64,000 bases of DNA from Glaucostegus cemiculus (taxonomy: Eukaryota), in NCBI GenBank assembly GCA_976551045.1, contig CDPCPM010000063.1:18786001-18850000 (forward strand), in the 5' to 3' direction. Position 1 is the stretch's first letter; each line of letters begins with the position of its first letter. The translations under genes and the position numbers were made by a program. Shown here piece by piece: positions 12,520-23,960 of this stretch. A model generated the notes under the pieces. It saw only the letters and a list, made by a program, of their open reading frames with translations, did no database searches and was not told the DNA's origin.

Positions 12520-14410
12520 CATTGGGAAATTCTGCCTGATTAATTTGATTAAGCTTTTTAGAGAAGTAACAAAATATATTGATGAGGGCAGTGCAGTTGA
12601 TGTAATCTGCAACACCTGTCTATTCACCTTTTCCTTTCCTACCATCCAGGGACCCACACAGTCTTTCCAGGTGAAACAGTGATTCGCTTACACTTCTTCC
12701 ACTCTAGTGTACAGCATTTGGTGTTCACAATGTAGCTTCCTCTACACTGGAGAAACCAAATACAGACTGGGTGACCATTTTGCGGGGACCTGCACTCACT
12801 CTGCAGGTCCCTGCAAAATGCACTCATCCTGAGCTTCCAGTTGACTGGCATTTTAATGCATCATCCCAGTCCCACTCAGACCTCTCTGTCCATGACATTC
12901 TGCCCTGTTTCAATGAGACCCAACATAAACTTGAGGAACAACAACTTATTTTTCATCTGGGCACCTTGCAGCCTGCGGAATTCAATATTGATTTCTACAA
13001 CTTCAGATAATTTGCCCTTTCCTTCTGTTTGTATCGGGACTGGCAATTAGTGCTTGCTATTCCTCACTTCTTTTTTTCTTGAAATTATATATTCTGGTTT
13101 GCTTGGCATGTCCCAGTTGGCCAGACTCCACCCAGACTACAGAGCATTAGCAACGCATCACACCGACAATGAGCTTAACTGTTCATCGAATGGCTGTCCA
13201 TGATTTCACCTGATGACTGACAATGCCTTTGCTCCGCCCATTGTTCCCTCTACCTTCTCTGTTACTTAGACGAACTTGCTTTTTCTCCTCCTCAGTTCTG
13301 ATGAAGGATCTTTGACCTGAAACATTAACTGGTTTCTGTTTCCACAGATGCTTAACTGACTGAGTTTATCCAGCATTTCTGTTTTTGTTTTGGACTTCAG
13401 TAAGGCCTTTGACAAGGTCCTGAGTGGAAGACTGATCCAAAAGGTTAAAGCCTATGGGATCCAATGCGAGTTTGGAAATTGCATCCAAAGTTGGCTTGGT
13501 AATGGTAGACAATGTGTGACGGCGAAGGGTTGCTTTTTAATTGGAAACCTGTATACTGCAGGGATCATTTCTGGATCCCTTGCAGTTTCTCATACACATT
13601 AATGATGTGGATATGAATGTAGGAGGTATGGTTCATAAATTTGCAGAAGACACAAAAATCAGTGGTGGTGTTGACAGGGAAAAGATAGTAAGGCCATCAA
13701 ATGATATTGATCAGCTAGTAAGGTCATCCTGATAAGTGCAAGATGATGCATTTTGGGAGATCTAATAATGGTGGGACAAACGCCATGAAATGTGGAGCCC
13801 TAGTACAGAAGGATTTTGGTGTACAAGTCCATAGATGCCTAAAAATGGCAGCACAGGTAGATAAGGTAATGAAGAAGACATACAGAGCACTGGCCTTCAT
13901 TAGCTGGGTGCATAGAATACATGACCATGGAGCTCACCGTACAACTTTAGTAAAGTTTGATTAAGCCACAGATGGAGTATTATATGTATTTTTGATCACC
14001 ACATTATAGAAAGGACATGAATGCCCTGGGGAGAGTGCAGAGGAGATTTACCAAGATGTTGCCTGGGATGAATCATGAGAAGGGACTGGATAGGCTGGGT
14101 TTGTTTTCCTTGTAGTGGATGAGGCTGAGGGGCGAATCTGGTAGAGGTCTACAAAATTGTGAGGCATAGATAGGATGGATAGTGAGAAAACTTTCTCCAT
14201 AACAGAAGAGAAGTCTAAAACCAGAAGACATAGATTTAAGATGAGGAGGAAGAGGGTCAGAGGGAATATGAGAAAAAAATGCCCCCCCTATAAAAGGTTG
14301 AAAACTGAAATGCACTGCCTGAGAAGGTGGTGGAGGCAACAGGTACTCTCACACCTTTTATAGGTGTATCTTGATGATAAATTAAATCACCAAGGCATAG
14401 AAGTGTATGA
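12520..14410 (+). mobile_element. CR1 LINE interrupted by a Penelope-like insertion
   Basis: CLINLIKLFREVTKYIDEGSAVDVI stops at about 12608 and resumes at 13390 with DFSKAFDKV, KFAEDTK and MHFGRSN. Confidence 0.88.
12609..13389 (+). mobile_element. Penelope-like element 3' part (GIY-YIG region remnant and terminus)
   Basis: Encodes TIQGPTQSFQV, PELPV..HFN...H and HKLEEQQLIFHLGTLQP..FNIDF.NFR. The terminus is cagttctgatgaagg...cctgaaac...cagatgct. Confidence 0.8.
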
Positions 14411-14679
14411 GAAACAAAAAGTTACTATATCTGCAGAAGATCTCCCAATTTCTCAAAGTAATGCCACTGGAATTCCCAAAGAACAATTGTCCTTTCATAG
14501 TTTCCTTTGACCTTCCACTGAAGTGGGAGTAAATCTAAGCAAGCGAGTCTTAAAAGGAGACCAAGTTCCCGATCAGATAAAGAAATTTTGGGGAAATGTC
14601 TTTGCAAATTGATGAGTGAGTGGTGCTTGATGTCACACAGGGTGGTTAAATGCAAAATATTTATGCATTGTCAGTATCA

Positions 14680-14990
14680 ACTTTAGCTTAGTTGGGACCA
14701 CTCTACAGGAAAGAGGGATGCCAGACTGTCAGAAGAAACCAAGACGGTCTTTGTTCTGACACATGAATGTAAAAGATCTCATAGCATGGTTTTAAAAGCT
14801 GTAGAGGAGTTATTTCAATGCCTTAATTAATATTTATCTTTCACTTGATATTATAAAAAATTATTATCTTGATACTATCACATTGCGGCTCATGAAAGCT
14901 TAATGTGTGAAAACTATTTGCTATAGTTCCTATTCTAGACAGTGACCACATCCTTGGCCGTTGTAAAAGGTGTTATACAAATGCAAGCCT
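14680..14990 (+). mobile_element. Degraded DeuSINE (SacSINE1/AmnSINE-like)
   Basis: actgtcagaag...gtaaaagatc.catagca...cacattgc...tatacaaatgcaag, similar to the copy at 62150-62520. Confidence 0.55.
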
Positions 14991-16404
14991 GTTCAAGGAG
15001 AGGGCTTGATGCATACATAAAGAAGAAATGAATAACAGAAAACAGGAAAAGAGTGGAAAGATGTAATTATGTTACAAGAGCTTGTTATAGCTTGTATAGA
15101 CCAGCTACGATGGATGGCCTCTCGTCTGAAGTGGACTCTGTGCATTTCTGTAACTATAAATGAATCTCACAGAAATTTTACTCCAAAATATCCTTTCAAT
15201 GGGAATGAATGAAAATTCCTCCTCTATTCTCACTTTGAAATAATATATTGGCTGAGCAAAAAGCACCCTACAGTCACTCATCATCTTGCCTGTAAGGGGT
15301 CTTGGTGAAGTTGCTATTAAGGTGCATAACAATGGCTCCCAAAGTTAGTTATTGGATAAAAATACCAAGCCCGTGCACCATTAAACCATGCAGACCTAAA
15401 TCACACGCAGTCCTGCTGAGTTAGTTGATTTTGTCCAGTGAAAATTGTGTCAGAATTGGCCTCAATCCTGTGAACGAATTAAAAGAGGTTTCAATCCCAA
15501 TTAGTACCAAAATTAGAAAGAGTGTGTATTATATTAGAGGTTGGCATTTTATGTATTGGTGTGATATGCGCACACTTCAAACGGTGTCAACACTGCCAGC
15601 TTCAGTTCAAACATATACAATATCCTCTTTGGCAACGCTTCGGAAAGTTTTAACTGACTGAGGAACTTCATTCTTACAAGTTACTCTTACTAGTTAACAA
15701 GGAAGAAAGGATAGAAAATACTGCAAAAATAGTAAATGTAATCCAATCAAAGAACAACGTGTTTTAGAACAGCATATTTGTTTTGTTGATTATCAAGTCC
15801 TATCAGAAAAATGGATAGTCCAAATGGACTTAATTAAACTGAAAATTACATCAACAGTAATTGCTTTATTCGCAGTGGTTCTGGCTGAGCTCTTTCACTA
15901 ACTCTATGAGATCAGTTAGTGCCAAGTCTAACTGTATGGTTGATAGAAGAAAAAATCTTCTGCAGCAGGTTTAACAGAAATGCAGTCAACCGATAGAGGG
16001 ATTTGCTCTCAACTTCTGTTCTTGGACATACCAGTTAATGTAGACTGCTATAATTGTGGAAGTAATTGAGTAACATGTGGCCCCAGGATAATATTGAAGG
16101 AATGATGAATGATAAATGAGAAAAAGCAGAAAATAATATGCAGCCGGGTACGAGTGTATCTTTACAGAAATGTAAGCAAAGATCATAGTCTTTCAGTATG
16201 GAAACCAAGCTTTATTGCTTTTTCAGTGTTTTGTTTTCACTTGTGTTTTCATCAGCCCTCCTCATTAATCCTCTGAATTAAACATTATTGGTCCATAACA
16301 ATCAAAGACTCCAATTCTCAGAAAACGGATCAATTCTCACTGTGTAAAACTGTCATGAAAAATATGTCTATCATTAATTACAAAAGAAATTGCTACTGAT
16401 ATAA

Positions 16405-16730
16405 AAACAGAAAGTGTTGGAAACAGTCAGCGGGTCAGGCAGCATCTGTAGAAAGAGAAGCAGGGGTAATGTTTCAGGTTCATGACTCTTCATCAGAACA
16501 AGGGAGGAGAGGAACAAGTTAGTATAGGTGGAGGGAAGGTGGGGGAAGGGGATGGGTGGAAAAGGGGGGATTTCCCCAATAAATTGAGACAGGAATAATG
16601 TGGCAGTTAAAGGGCAGTTAAAATCAGATTAAGAGAGACACAGGAGACTGCATGTGTTGGAATCTGGAGCAAAAAAACAAACTGCTGGAGGAATGCAGCA
16701 GGTCAGGCAACATCTGTGGATGCAAAGCCT
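16405..16730 (-). mobile_element. Penelope-type terminal repeats
   Basis: Two copies of the ...ggtcaggcagcatctgt... motif and a degraded hammerhead-like core (tcttcatcagaac). Confidence 0.65.
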
Positions 16731-17019
16731 TCATCACAAAAAGTTCTAAAGCCAGGATATGTTACAATTACAATTATACGGGGCCTTGGTGCAAGCAAAT
16801 CTATTGTATTGTGTGCAAAAAAAAAATGTACTTGCCACAGAGGGAATGCAGCAAAGGTTCACCATGCTGATACCTGGGATGGTGGTATTGTTGGATGAGG
16901 AGAAAATGGGCTGAGTAAGTCTGTGGTCACTAGATTCAAAAAGGATGTGAGGGGAAAGGTACAAACAGGGTTTGACAGACTGGACGTGGGGAGGATGTTT
17001 CCCCTGGCCAGTGTACTTA

Positions 17020-17290
17020 GTATTGGGTTGAGGTCTTGACTTTCAAACACCTTTTTCCTCAGTTGACAGAAAGCTGTGCTGATGCACTGAAGATGATGGT
17101 ACATTTCATCATCACTGTCTACCACTGCTGACAGGTGACTCCCAAGATATTCAAAGCAGGCCACCTTTTCTCAAGTCTGGCCATGAGCTATAATTGTACC
17201 ACTGGAGCAGTTTGGTCGAGGATCCTTGTCTTGCAGAAGTTCAGGGTAAGGCCTATCCTCCGGTATGTTTTACTGAAAAAGTTGACTTCG
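17020..17290 (-). mobile_element. RTE LINE fragment abutting a CR1 fragment (16770-17015, + strand)
   Basis: Encodes FEYLGSHLS...DDEMYHHLQCISTAFCQLRKKVFESQDL. Confidence 0.75.
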
Positions 17291-18151
17291 TGCAATAGAG
17301 GCAAGAAATGAACATTGTAGCATAAGTTCCAGTGCTAAGAACATCACTGTGAGACCACAAAAAAATGTATATACTGTTTTTGAAATCACACGTTAGGGAC
17401 CTCCTTCTATCTCTGTCTTTACATGGGCCACTCTAAGGCTTGAAAATACAACTGTAAGTCTTTTATTCTGTGTTGTAGAAGATTTTTATTGATTTTTTTT
17501 TCTCAAAGCGTATTTTTACTGAAGCAGGTGTTCTTCTAACGCAGATAAAGCACCAGAGTACAAAACCATCACACTGCTACACTCTTCCTGCTTTAGTAGC
17601 CTGCATTCTTGCAGTCTTGGCAGGCCTCAGTGTTTTTTTGTATTTGTTTAAGTACTGCAAAGAAAACCCCTTATTATTAATCAGCTACATGATTCATTTG
17701 TTCCACCTCTGAGCAGTGCCGGATGAAGGTGCCATGTTCCCCTCACTGTAAAATGAAGCTTGGTGTGACTTACGCAGCTGGAGATATTTAGCCCCAGTTA
17801 CTCTTTAATAATCAGTGGCCACGCTTCTGAGCTTCCCCGTGCTTGGAGCAAAGAATATAAAATGCAACCAAAAGATGCAAATTGTTGGCGATACACAGCA
17901 GGTCAGTCAGCACTTGTAGAGGTCAACTTTTCAGGCGTAGACAAGTTCTCAGAGCAGAGCTCAGCATGCGAAGTCTGATCTTTACACCATTGTATAAAGG
18001 GAGGTACATGAAAGGAACTGAAATAATAAATGTACTTTAAACAGTCAGTGATTATTTCCTGATAAAAATAAAGTCCATTTGTTAATCCTGATTCCCTTTT
18101 CCAGGATGCAGCCTCCACAAGCACCAGGGTGAAAATACTTTTCCTTATTTA

Positions 18152-19255
18152 ATGATAGGCAGCAATGCCCCCGCCACAACTATCTTCAACACTGGTGCCC
18201 CACAAGGCTGCACTCTCAGCCCCCTACTCTACTCCCCATACACTCACGGCTGTGTAGCCAGATTCTGCTCTAACTCCATCCTCAAGTTCGCAAATGACAC
18301 CACTGTAGTGGGCTGCATCTCAAACAATGTCAAGATGGAGCACAGAAAGGAGATAGAGAGCCCAGTGGTATGGTGTCAGGACAACAACCTCAATGTCAGC
18401 AAAACAAAAGAGCTGGTCATTGACTTCAGGAAGTGGGGTGGAGTACACACCCCTGTATGTATCAATGGTGCTGAAGTAAAGTTGGTTGAGAGCTTCATGT
18501 TCTTAGGTATACATATCACCAATGCTTGTTCTGGTCCAGCCATGTAGTTGCTATGGCCAAGAAAGTGCACCAGCCTTCCTCAGAAGGCTAAGGAAATTCA
18601 GTATGTCCCCCATGATTCTCACCATTTTTTATAGATGCACCATGGAGACCATCCTATCTGGATTGATCATGGCTTGGAATGGTCACATTAAAATAAACAA
18701 TGAGAGATGCAAAGACATTAAAGACATTGGAACTGCAAAAATGTAAACAGAGACTGGAATAAACATTCTCAGAGTGAGCATACTGAGGCAGCAGTCATTG
18801 GACATTTAAAGTGATGGTGCGTTTTTGTACGCCTTGCATCCCTTGGTGTTGGTGGGAGGGATGGAGGGATGAGGGAGTTCATGGTTCTGATTGCTTGTGG
18901 GAAAAAGCTATTGCACAGTCTGGTAGTCCTTGCCTGGATGCACTAGAGCCTTCTTCCAGATGGCAAGACTTTTATCCCACTGTTATAAGACTCTTGAATG
19001 GACTTCTTGTACAATAAAGATGAACTTTTGATCTCTTAATCTGCCTCATAATGGCCTTTGCACTTTATCGTCTACCTGCACTGCACATTCTCTGTAAACT
19101 GTGACGCTATATTCTGCATTCTGTTATTGCTGTTTCTCCTTTGTACTAACCTCCAGGTACTTATGTTTGGAATGATCTGTATGGATGGCATGCAAAACAA
19201 AGCTTTTCATTGTATCTCATTACATGTGACAATAATAAACCAATTACCAATTACT
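18152..19255 (+). mobile_element. 5'-truncated Rex1/Babar-type LINE
   Basis: Encodes NTGAPQGCTLSPLLYS, KFANDTTVVG.I, NVSKTKELVIDFRK, FLRRLRKF, FYRCTMETIL and FYPTVIRLLN, with tail acatgtgacaataataaaccaattaccaatta. Confidence 0.88.
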
Positions 19256-19610
19256 GTCTTCTCACTAATCCCTCTACCAATCCATGTCCACAAGTTTTTG
19301 ATCCCTGATTAATAGAGGTAAGCCTTACCTATTTACTGTATCCTGGCCCTCATAACTTCATACACAAATAGACCGGTCATAACTTTATACCCGTTGTCAC
19401 CTTCCATCCTCCAAACTGGTTCTTACCCATAGAGACCCAGAATATGACTTCAGACACTAAGTGGTTTAAACATTGATTGGATCCTAAATTATTTCTGGAT
19501 TGCCTTTCATGGAAATGATACTGTACAGAAGAATTTGTCCCTGTAATTAGAATATAAAAACATAGGCTTGTGTGGAAGGAGTTGAACTTGGGACGATTTG
19601 GACAGATCTT

Positions 19611-20548
19611 TAGAACAATACAGCACAGAACAGGCCCTTCGGCCCATCAAGCTGTGCCATCCTACAAACATCTCCCAAACTAACTCTTTGCACCCTCATA
19701 TCCTACTATTCCACATTCTTCCATGTGCTTATCTAACAATCTCTTAAACCTGTCCAACGTATCTGCCTCCACTACCACCCCAGGCAGTGCATTCCATGCA
19801 CCAACCACTCTCTGGGTGGAAAACTTCCCTCTGACATCTCCCCTATACTTTCCACCAATTATCTTAAAGGCATGCCCTCTCGTCTTGAGCATCTGCGCTC
19901 TGGGAAAGAGGCGCTGACTATTAACTCTATCTATTCCTCTCAATATCTTAAACACCTCTATCAAGTCCCCTCTCATCCTCCTCCTCTCTAATGAGTAGAG
20001 CCCTAGCACCTTCAGCCTCTCTTTATATTCCATACCCTCCAATCCAGGCATCATCCTGGTAAATCGCCTCTGCACCCTCTCCAACGCCTCCACATCCTTC
20101 CTATAATGCGGCGACCAGAACTGAACACAATATTCCAAGTGCGGCCTAACTAGAGTTTTGTAAAGCAGCATCATCACCTTTCTGCTCTTGAACTCAATCC
20201 CACGATTTATAAAAGCCAACATCCCATAAGCCTTCTTAACAGCCCTATCCACCTGCGAGGCAACTTTGAGTGAACTGTGGATATGAACCCCCAGATCCCT
20301 CTGCTCCCCTACACTGCCAAGAACCTTGCCATTTACCTTATACTCTGTCCTGGAGTTTGTCCTCCCAAAGTGCACCACCTCACACTTCTCCGGATTAAAC
20401 TCCATCTGCCACCTGTCAGCCCAGTTCTGCATCCTATCAATATCCCCCTGTAAGCTCCTACAGTCCTCCACACTATCTACCACACCACCGATCTTGGTGT
20501 CATCTGCAAACTTACCAACCCATCCCTCCACTCCTTCATCTAAATCTT
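19611..20548 (-). mobile_element. Young 5'-truncated CR1 LINE with an intact ORF2 C-terminal frame
   Basis: About 290 aa without stops (DLDEGVEGWVGKFADDTK...RPHLEYCVQFWSPHY...WNALP). CpGs are retained. ATCTTT occurs at both junctions. Confidence 0.95.
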
Positions 20549-20902
20549 TCATAGAGTGGGTAGGAAGGGTGGGCCAAATGGCCTTCTGTGCTGTAGCTTT
20601 TGTTTTCAATGATTGTTTGGAGTATGACTTAGTACTTGACACACTAGTGAGGTTCAGGTGACAGTCATGGAATATGCCACTTGGAATTAGCAGTAAGTGC
20701 TAAAGTGCTAAAATGCTGCAAGCAGACAGCGTGTTAGTTAAAATTTGAACATTTGAAGGACAGGCAAATGTTTGGTGCGGGGATCCTCGGAGAACTGACA
20801 AAAGGCACCACAACACCTTTAAAGGCCCTAAGCAAGAGGACATTGGGAGGGAGCGGGAACTGAGGGTTATGGATGTGGAGAGAAGGAGCAGGGTGTGATG
20901 AA

Positions 20903-23900
20903 GAGTCATAGAGTCATAGAGCAATACAGCACGGATACAGGCCCTTCAGCCCAACCAGTCCCTGCTGACCACAGTGCCCACCCATCTTGTCCCAATTTCC
21001 TGCAATTGGCCCATATCCCTCTAAGCCCCACCCTCTATATAACCGATCCAAGCGCTCCTTAAATCATACTATTGTACCTTCCTCAATCACTTCATCTGAG
21101 CTCGTTCCATATATTCACCAACCTCTGTGTAGAAAAGTTGCCCCTCAGGACCCTTTCCTCTCTCACCCTAAATCTATGCCAGTGTCCCTCTTGACCACAC
21201 TTAAAGTAGACATCCCTGCAGGGTGGTGGCTTTCCACTAAAAATATTCAGGTGACCCTGAGTTCCCTGACCCCACCCCCACGACTTTCTCCTCCTTTGTC
21301 GATGGATCTTTGGAGGAGAATCTGTGTTGGTCCTCCCGGAGGACCACCACTGCTGGGATACGGCCAATCATCCCAATTATCATCTCCCATCAGTGCACGT
21401 GAGGGAAACTCATACTTCACACAGGGCTTGGGTGATGATCTAATTTCCTCTACATTGCTGGGCCAAAAAGCCAGCACTGCCCTGCGGGATTGTTCCCTTG
21501 TATTATCACAACAGTCCAGGTTGGTCTTCACTAACGTCGCTGTTTTCTCTGGGAGACACTGCATCAGAATGGCATTAAACTGGGCAGATGGTTGTCCATT
21601 ATTGTAAGCCTGATCTCCAGCATATGTCTGATATACTGTAGTAAACCGCTCCCAAAATTCTTGGGCTGTCTCTTTAGAAGCAGGTTTACATTCCAGAATC
21701 TTACTTATATCGATGGGTCTTTTCAAACTCTTTGAGAGGGCCGTCAACATAATATTAACTTGTTGATTCAGATCATTACTTTGCTGATATAAATCTTCAT
21801 ATATATCAATAGACCTCCTCCTCCTCCTCTTCCAGGTTCAGAATTCAATACGGCATGACAGAGGGAAAAGAGATCTTAAGGTTGTGTCCTGTACATGGTC
21901 TGAATAGATCATATATAATTTACGAATCCAACTGGATCTTTGTTTCTATCTGGGCCATGATGGGCTATTAGTAACATCTCTTGGGGTTCCCATAGTGTAT
22001 AAATCTGCACAGTATCTGGTTGGCCCTGAGCAGCTGCTTGGGGATTAGGGAGTACTCGAACGGGGTACATTGTTCTCTGGTGGGTGTCCACCTACTGCAC
22101 AGGTATACCCATATATGGGTATGCGTGACCAGCTCACGCTACCATTGGTCAAGACGAGGCTGCTGTGTGCAGCCAGACAGGTTAACACATCTTTCACAGT
22201 TGTCTTCTACACTTATACAGCTGCAACATAATGTCCCAACTCCTGTACTCATTGCCTTGATTGATGAAGGCCAGTGTGTTAAACGCTTTTTCACCACACT
22301 GTCAACCTGTGACACCACTTTCAACGAACTATGCACTTGTACTCCTAGATCCCTCTGTTCCATTACACTCCCTTGTGCCCTACCGTTTCACAGTATAAGT
22401 CCTACACTGATTTGACTTTCCAGAATGCATCACCTTATACTTATCCACATTGAAATCCCTTTGCCACTCCTCGGCCCACTTCTCTAATTGATTAAGATCC
22501 CCCTGTAATCTACGATAACCTTCTTCACTATCAACACCACCTCCTAATTTTGTGTCATCTGCAAACTTACTGATCAAGCCTTGTGTGTCTGCCTCCAAAT
22601 CATTTACATAAATAATGAATAACAAGAGCCCCAACACCGACTCCTGTGGCACACCACTAGTCATCGGCCTCCATTCCAAGAAACAGCCTTCAACCACCAC
22701 CCTCTGCTTCCTACCTCTTGAGCTAATTTTGAATCCACCCCTGGATCCCTGGATTCCATGGGACCTAAACTTCCAGACCAGCCTACCATTTAGGACCTTG
22801 TCGAAGGCCTGGCTAAAGTCCAAGTAGACAACATCCACTGCCCTACCGTCATCTACCTTTTTGGTTACCTCTTCAATAAAAGGTTCATTAAACATGACTT
22901 CCCACGCACAAAGCCATGCTGACTCCTCCTAATCAGACTCTGTCTATCCAAATACTGGTAGATCCTATCCCTCAGAATTCCCTCCAGTAGTTTCCCTACT
23001 ACTGACATCAGGCTGAAGGGCCTGTAGTTCACTAGCTTGTCCCTGATACCCTTCTTAAACAAAGGAACAACATTAGCCACCTTCCAGTCTTCGGGAACTT
23101 CACCAGTGGCTAATGATGAAGCAAATATCTCCGCAAGGGCCTCAACAATTTCTCCACAGGCATTCCACAAAGTCCTAGGATGCACTTGGTCAGGCCCTGG
23201 GGATTTATCCACCTTAGTGCACTGTAACGCTCAAATACCTCCTCCCTGGTCATGTAAATGTTCTCCTAACCATCTCCACTAATTTCTTTTATCTCTTGAC
23301 CAACCATGATTTTCTCCTCAGCAAACACTGAGGAGAAATATCTGCTAAAAATCCCACCCATCTCCTGTGGCTCAAGTCATAGGAGGCCCTGCTGACCTCT
23401 AAGGGGACCCACTTTCTCCTTAGCCACCCTTTTACTCTTAAAATAGCCATAGAGCTTCTTGTGATTTTCCTTAACCTTATCTGCCGGATTCATCTCATGC
23501 CTTCTCTTTGCCCTTCTGATTTTCCTCTTAAGAGTCTTCTTAATCTTTTTATAGTCATCAGGGGATTCACTCATCCCCGACCTCCTAAACCCAATGTGCT
23601 TCCTCCTTTTCCTTGAACGATAGCCTCAATACCTCTCATCAGCCAAAGTTCCCCAAATTTTCTAGGTTTACCCTTCACCCAAACAGGAATGTGAATGCTC
23701 CTGCACTCTTGATGTCACACTCTTAAAAGCCTCCCACTTGTTATTCATTCCTTTCCCCTCAAACAGGCTCACCCAATCGACCTCTGTTAGATCCTGCCTA
23801 ATTCCTCCAAAATTATCCCAGCTCCAGTTTAGGACCCTAACCTGTGGAGCTGTCCTATCCTTTTCCTTCACTATCTTAAAAACTGATAGAATTATGGTCA

Positions 23901-23960
23901 CCAGAGCCAAAGTACTCTCTGGCTGCCACTTCAGTTATCTGCCCCGCCTTGTTCCCTGAG
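20903..23960 (-). mobile_element. CR1 LINE (about 3 kb) carrying an ERV gag segment
   Basis: Tail (gagtcata)x2 at 20903. ORF2 pieces DKSPGPDQVHPRTL, PEDWKVANVVPLFKKG, QHGFVRGKSCL, DFSQAFDKV and KFADDTK lie in 22213-23960. Confidence 0.92.
21181..22212 (-). mobile_element. Endogenous retrovirus gag fragment (CA and NC)
   Basis: Encodes YTLWEPQEML...PDRNKDPVGF (CA N-terminal-like), KILECKPASKETAQEFWERFTTVYQTYAG (MHR-like), a Gly/Pro/Arg-rich linker, and the truncated zinc knuckle YFKCGQEGHW. Confidence 0.8.

Noticed and set aside
16528-16570. G-run cluster (possible G-quadruplex)
   Set aside because: It is part of the purine-rich tract of a Penelope-type repeat, with no locus-specific evidence.
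19680-20642. 320-aa ORF as a host gene or domesticated RT
   Set aside because: It is a 5'-truncated CR1 ORF2 whose ATG comes by chance from flanking DNA; it lacks most of the RT domain.
20987-21607. 206-aa + strand ORF
   Set aside because: It is the antisense shadow of the CR1 tail and gag fragment.
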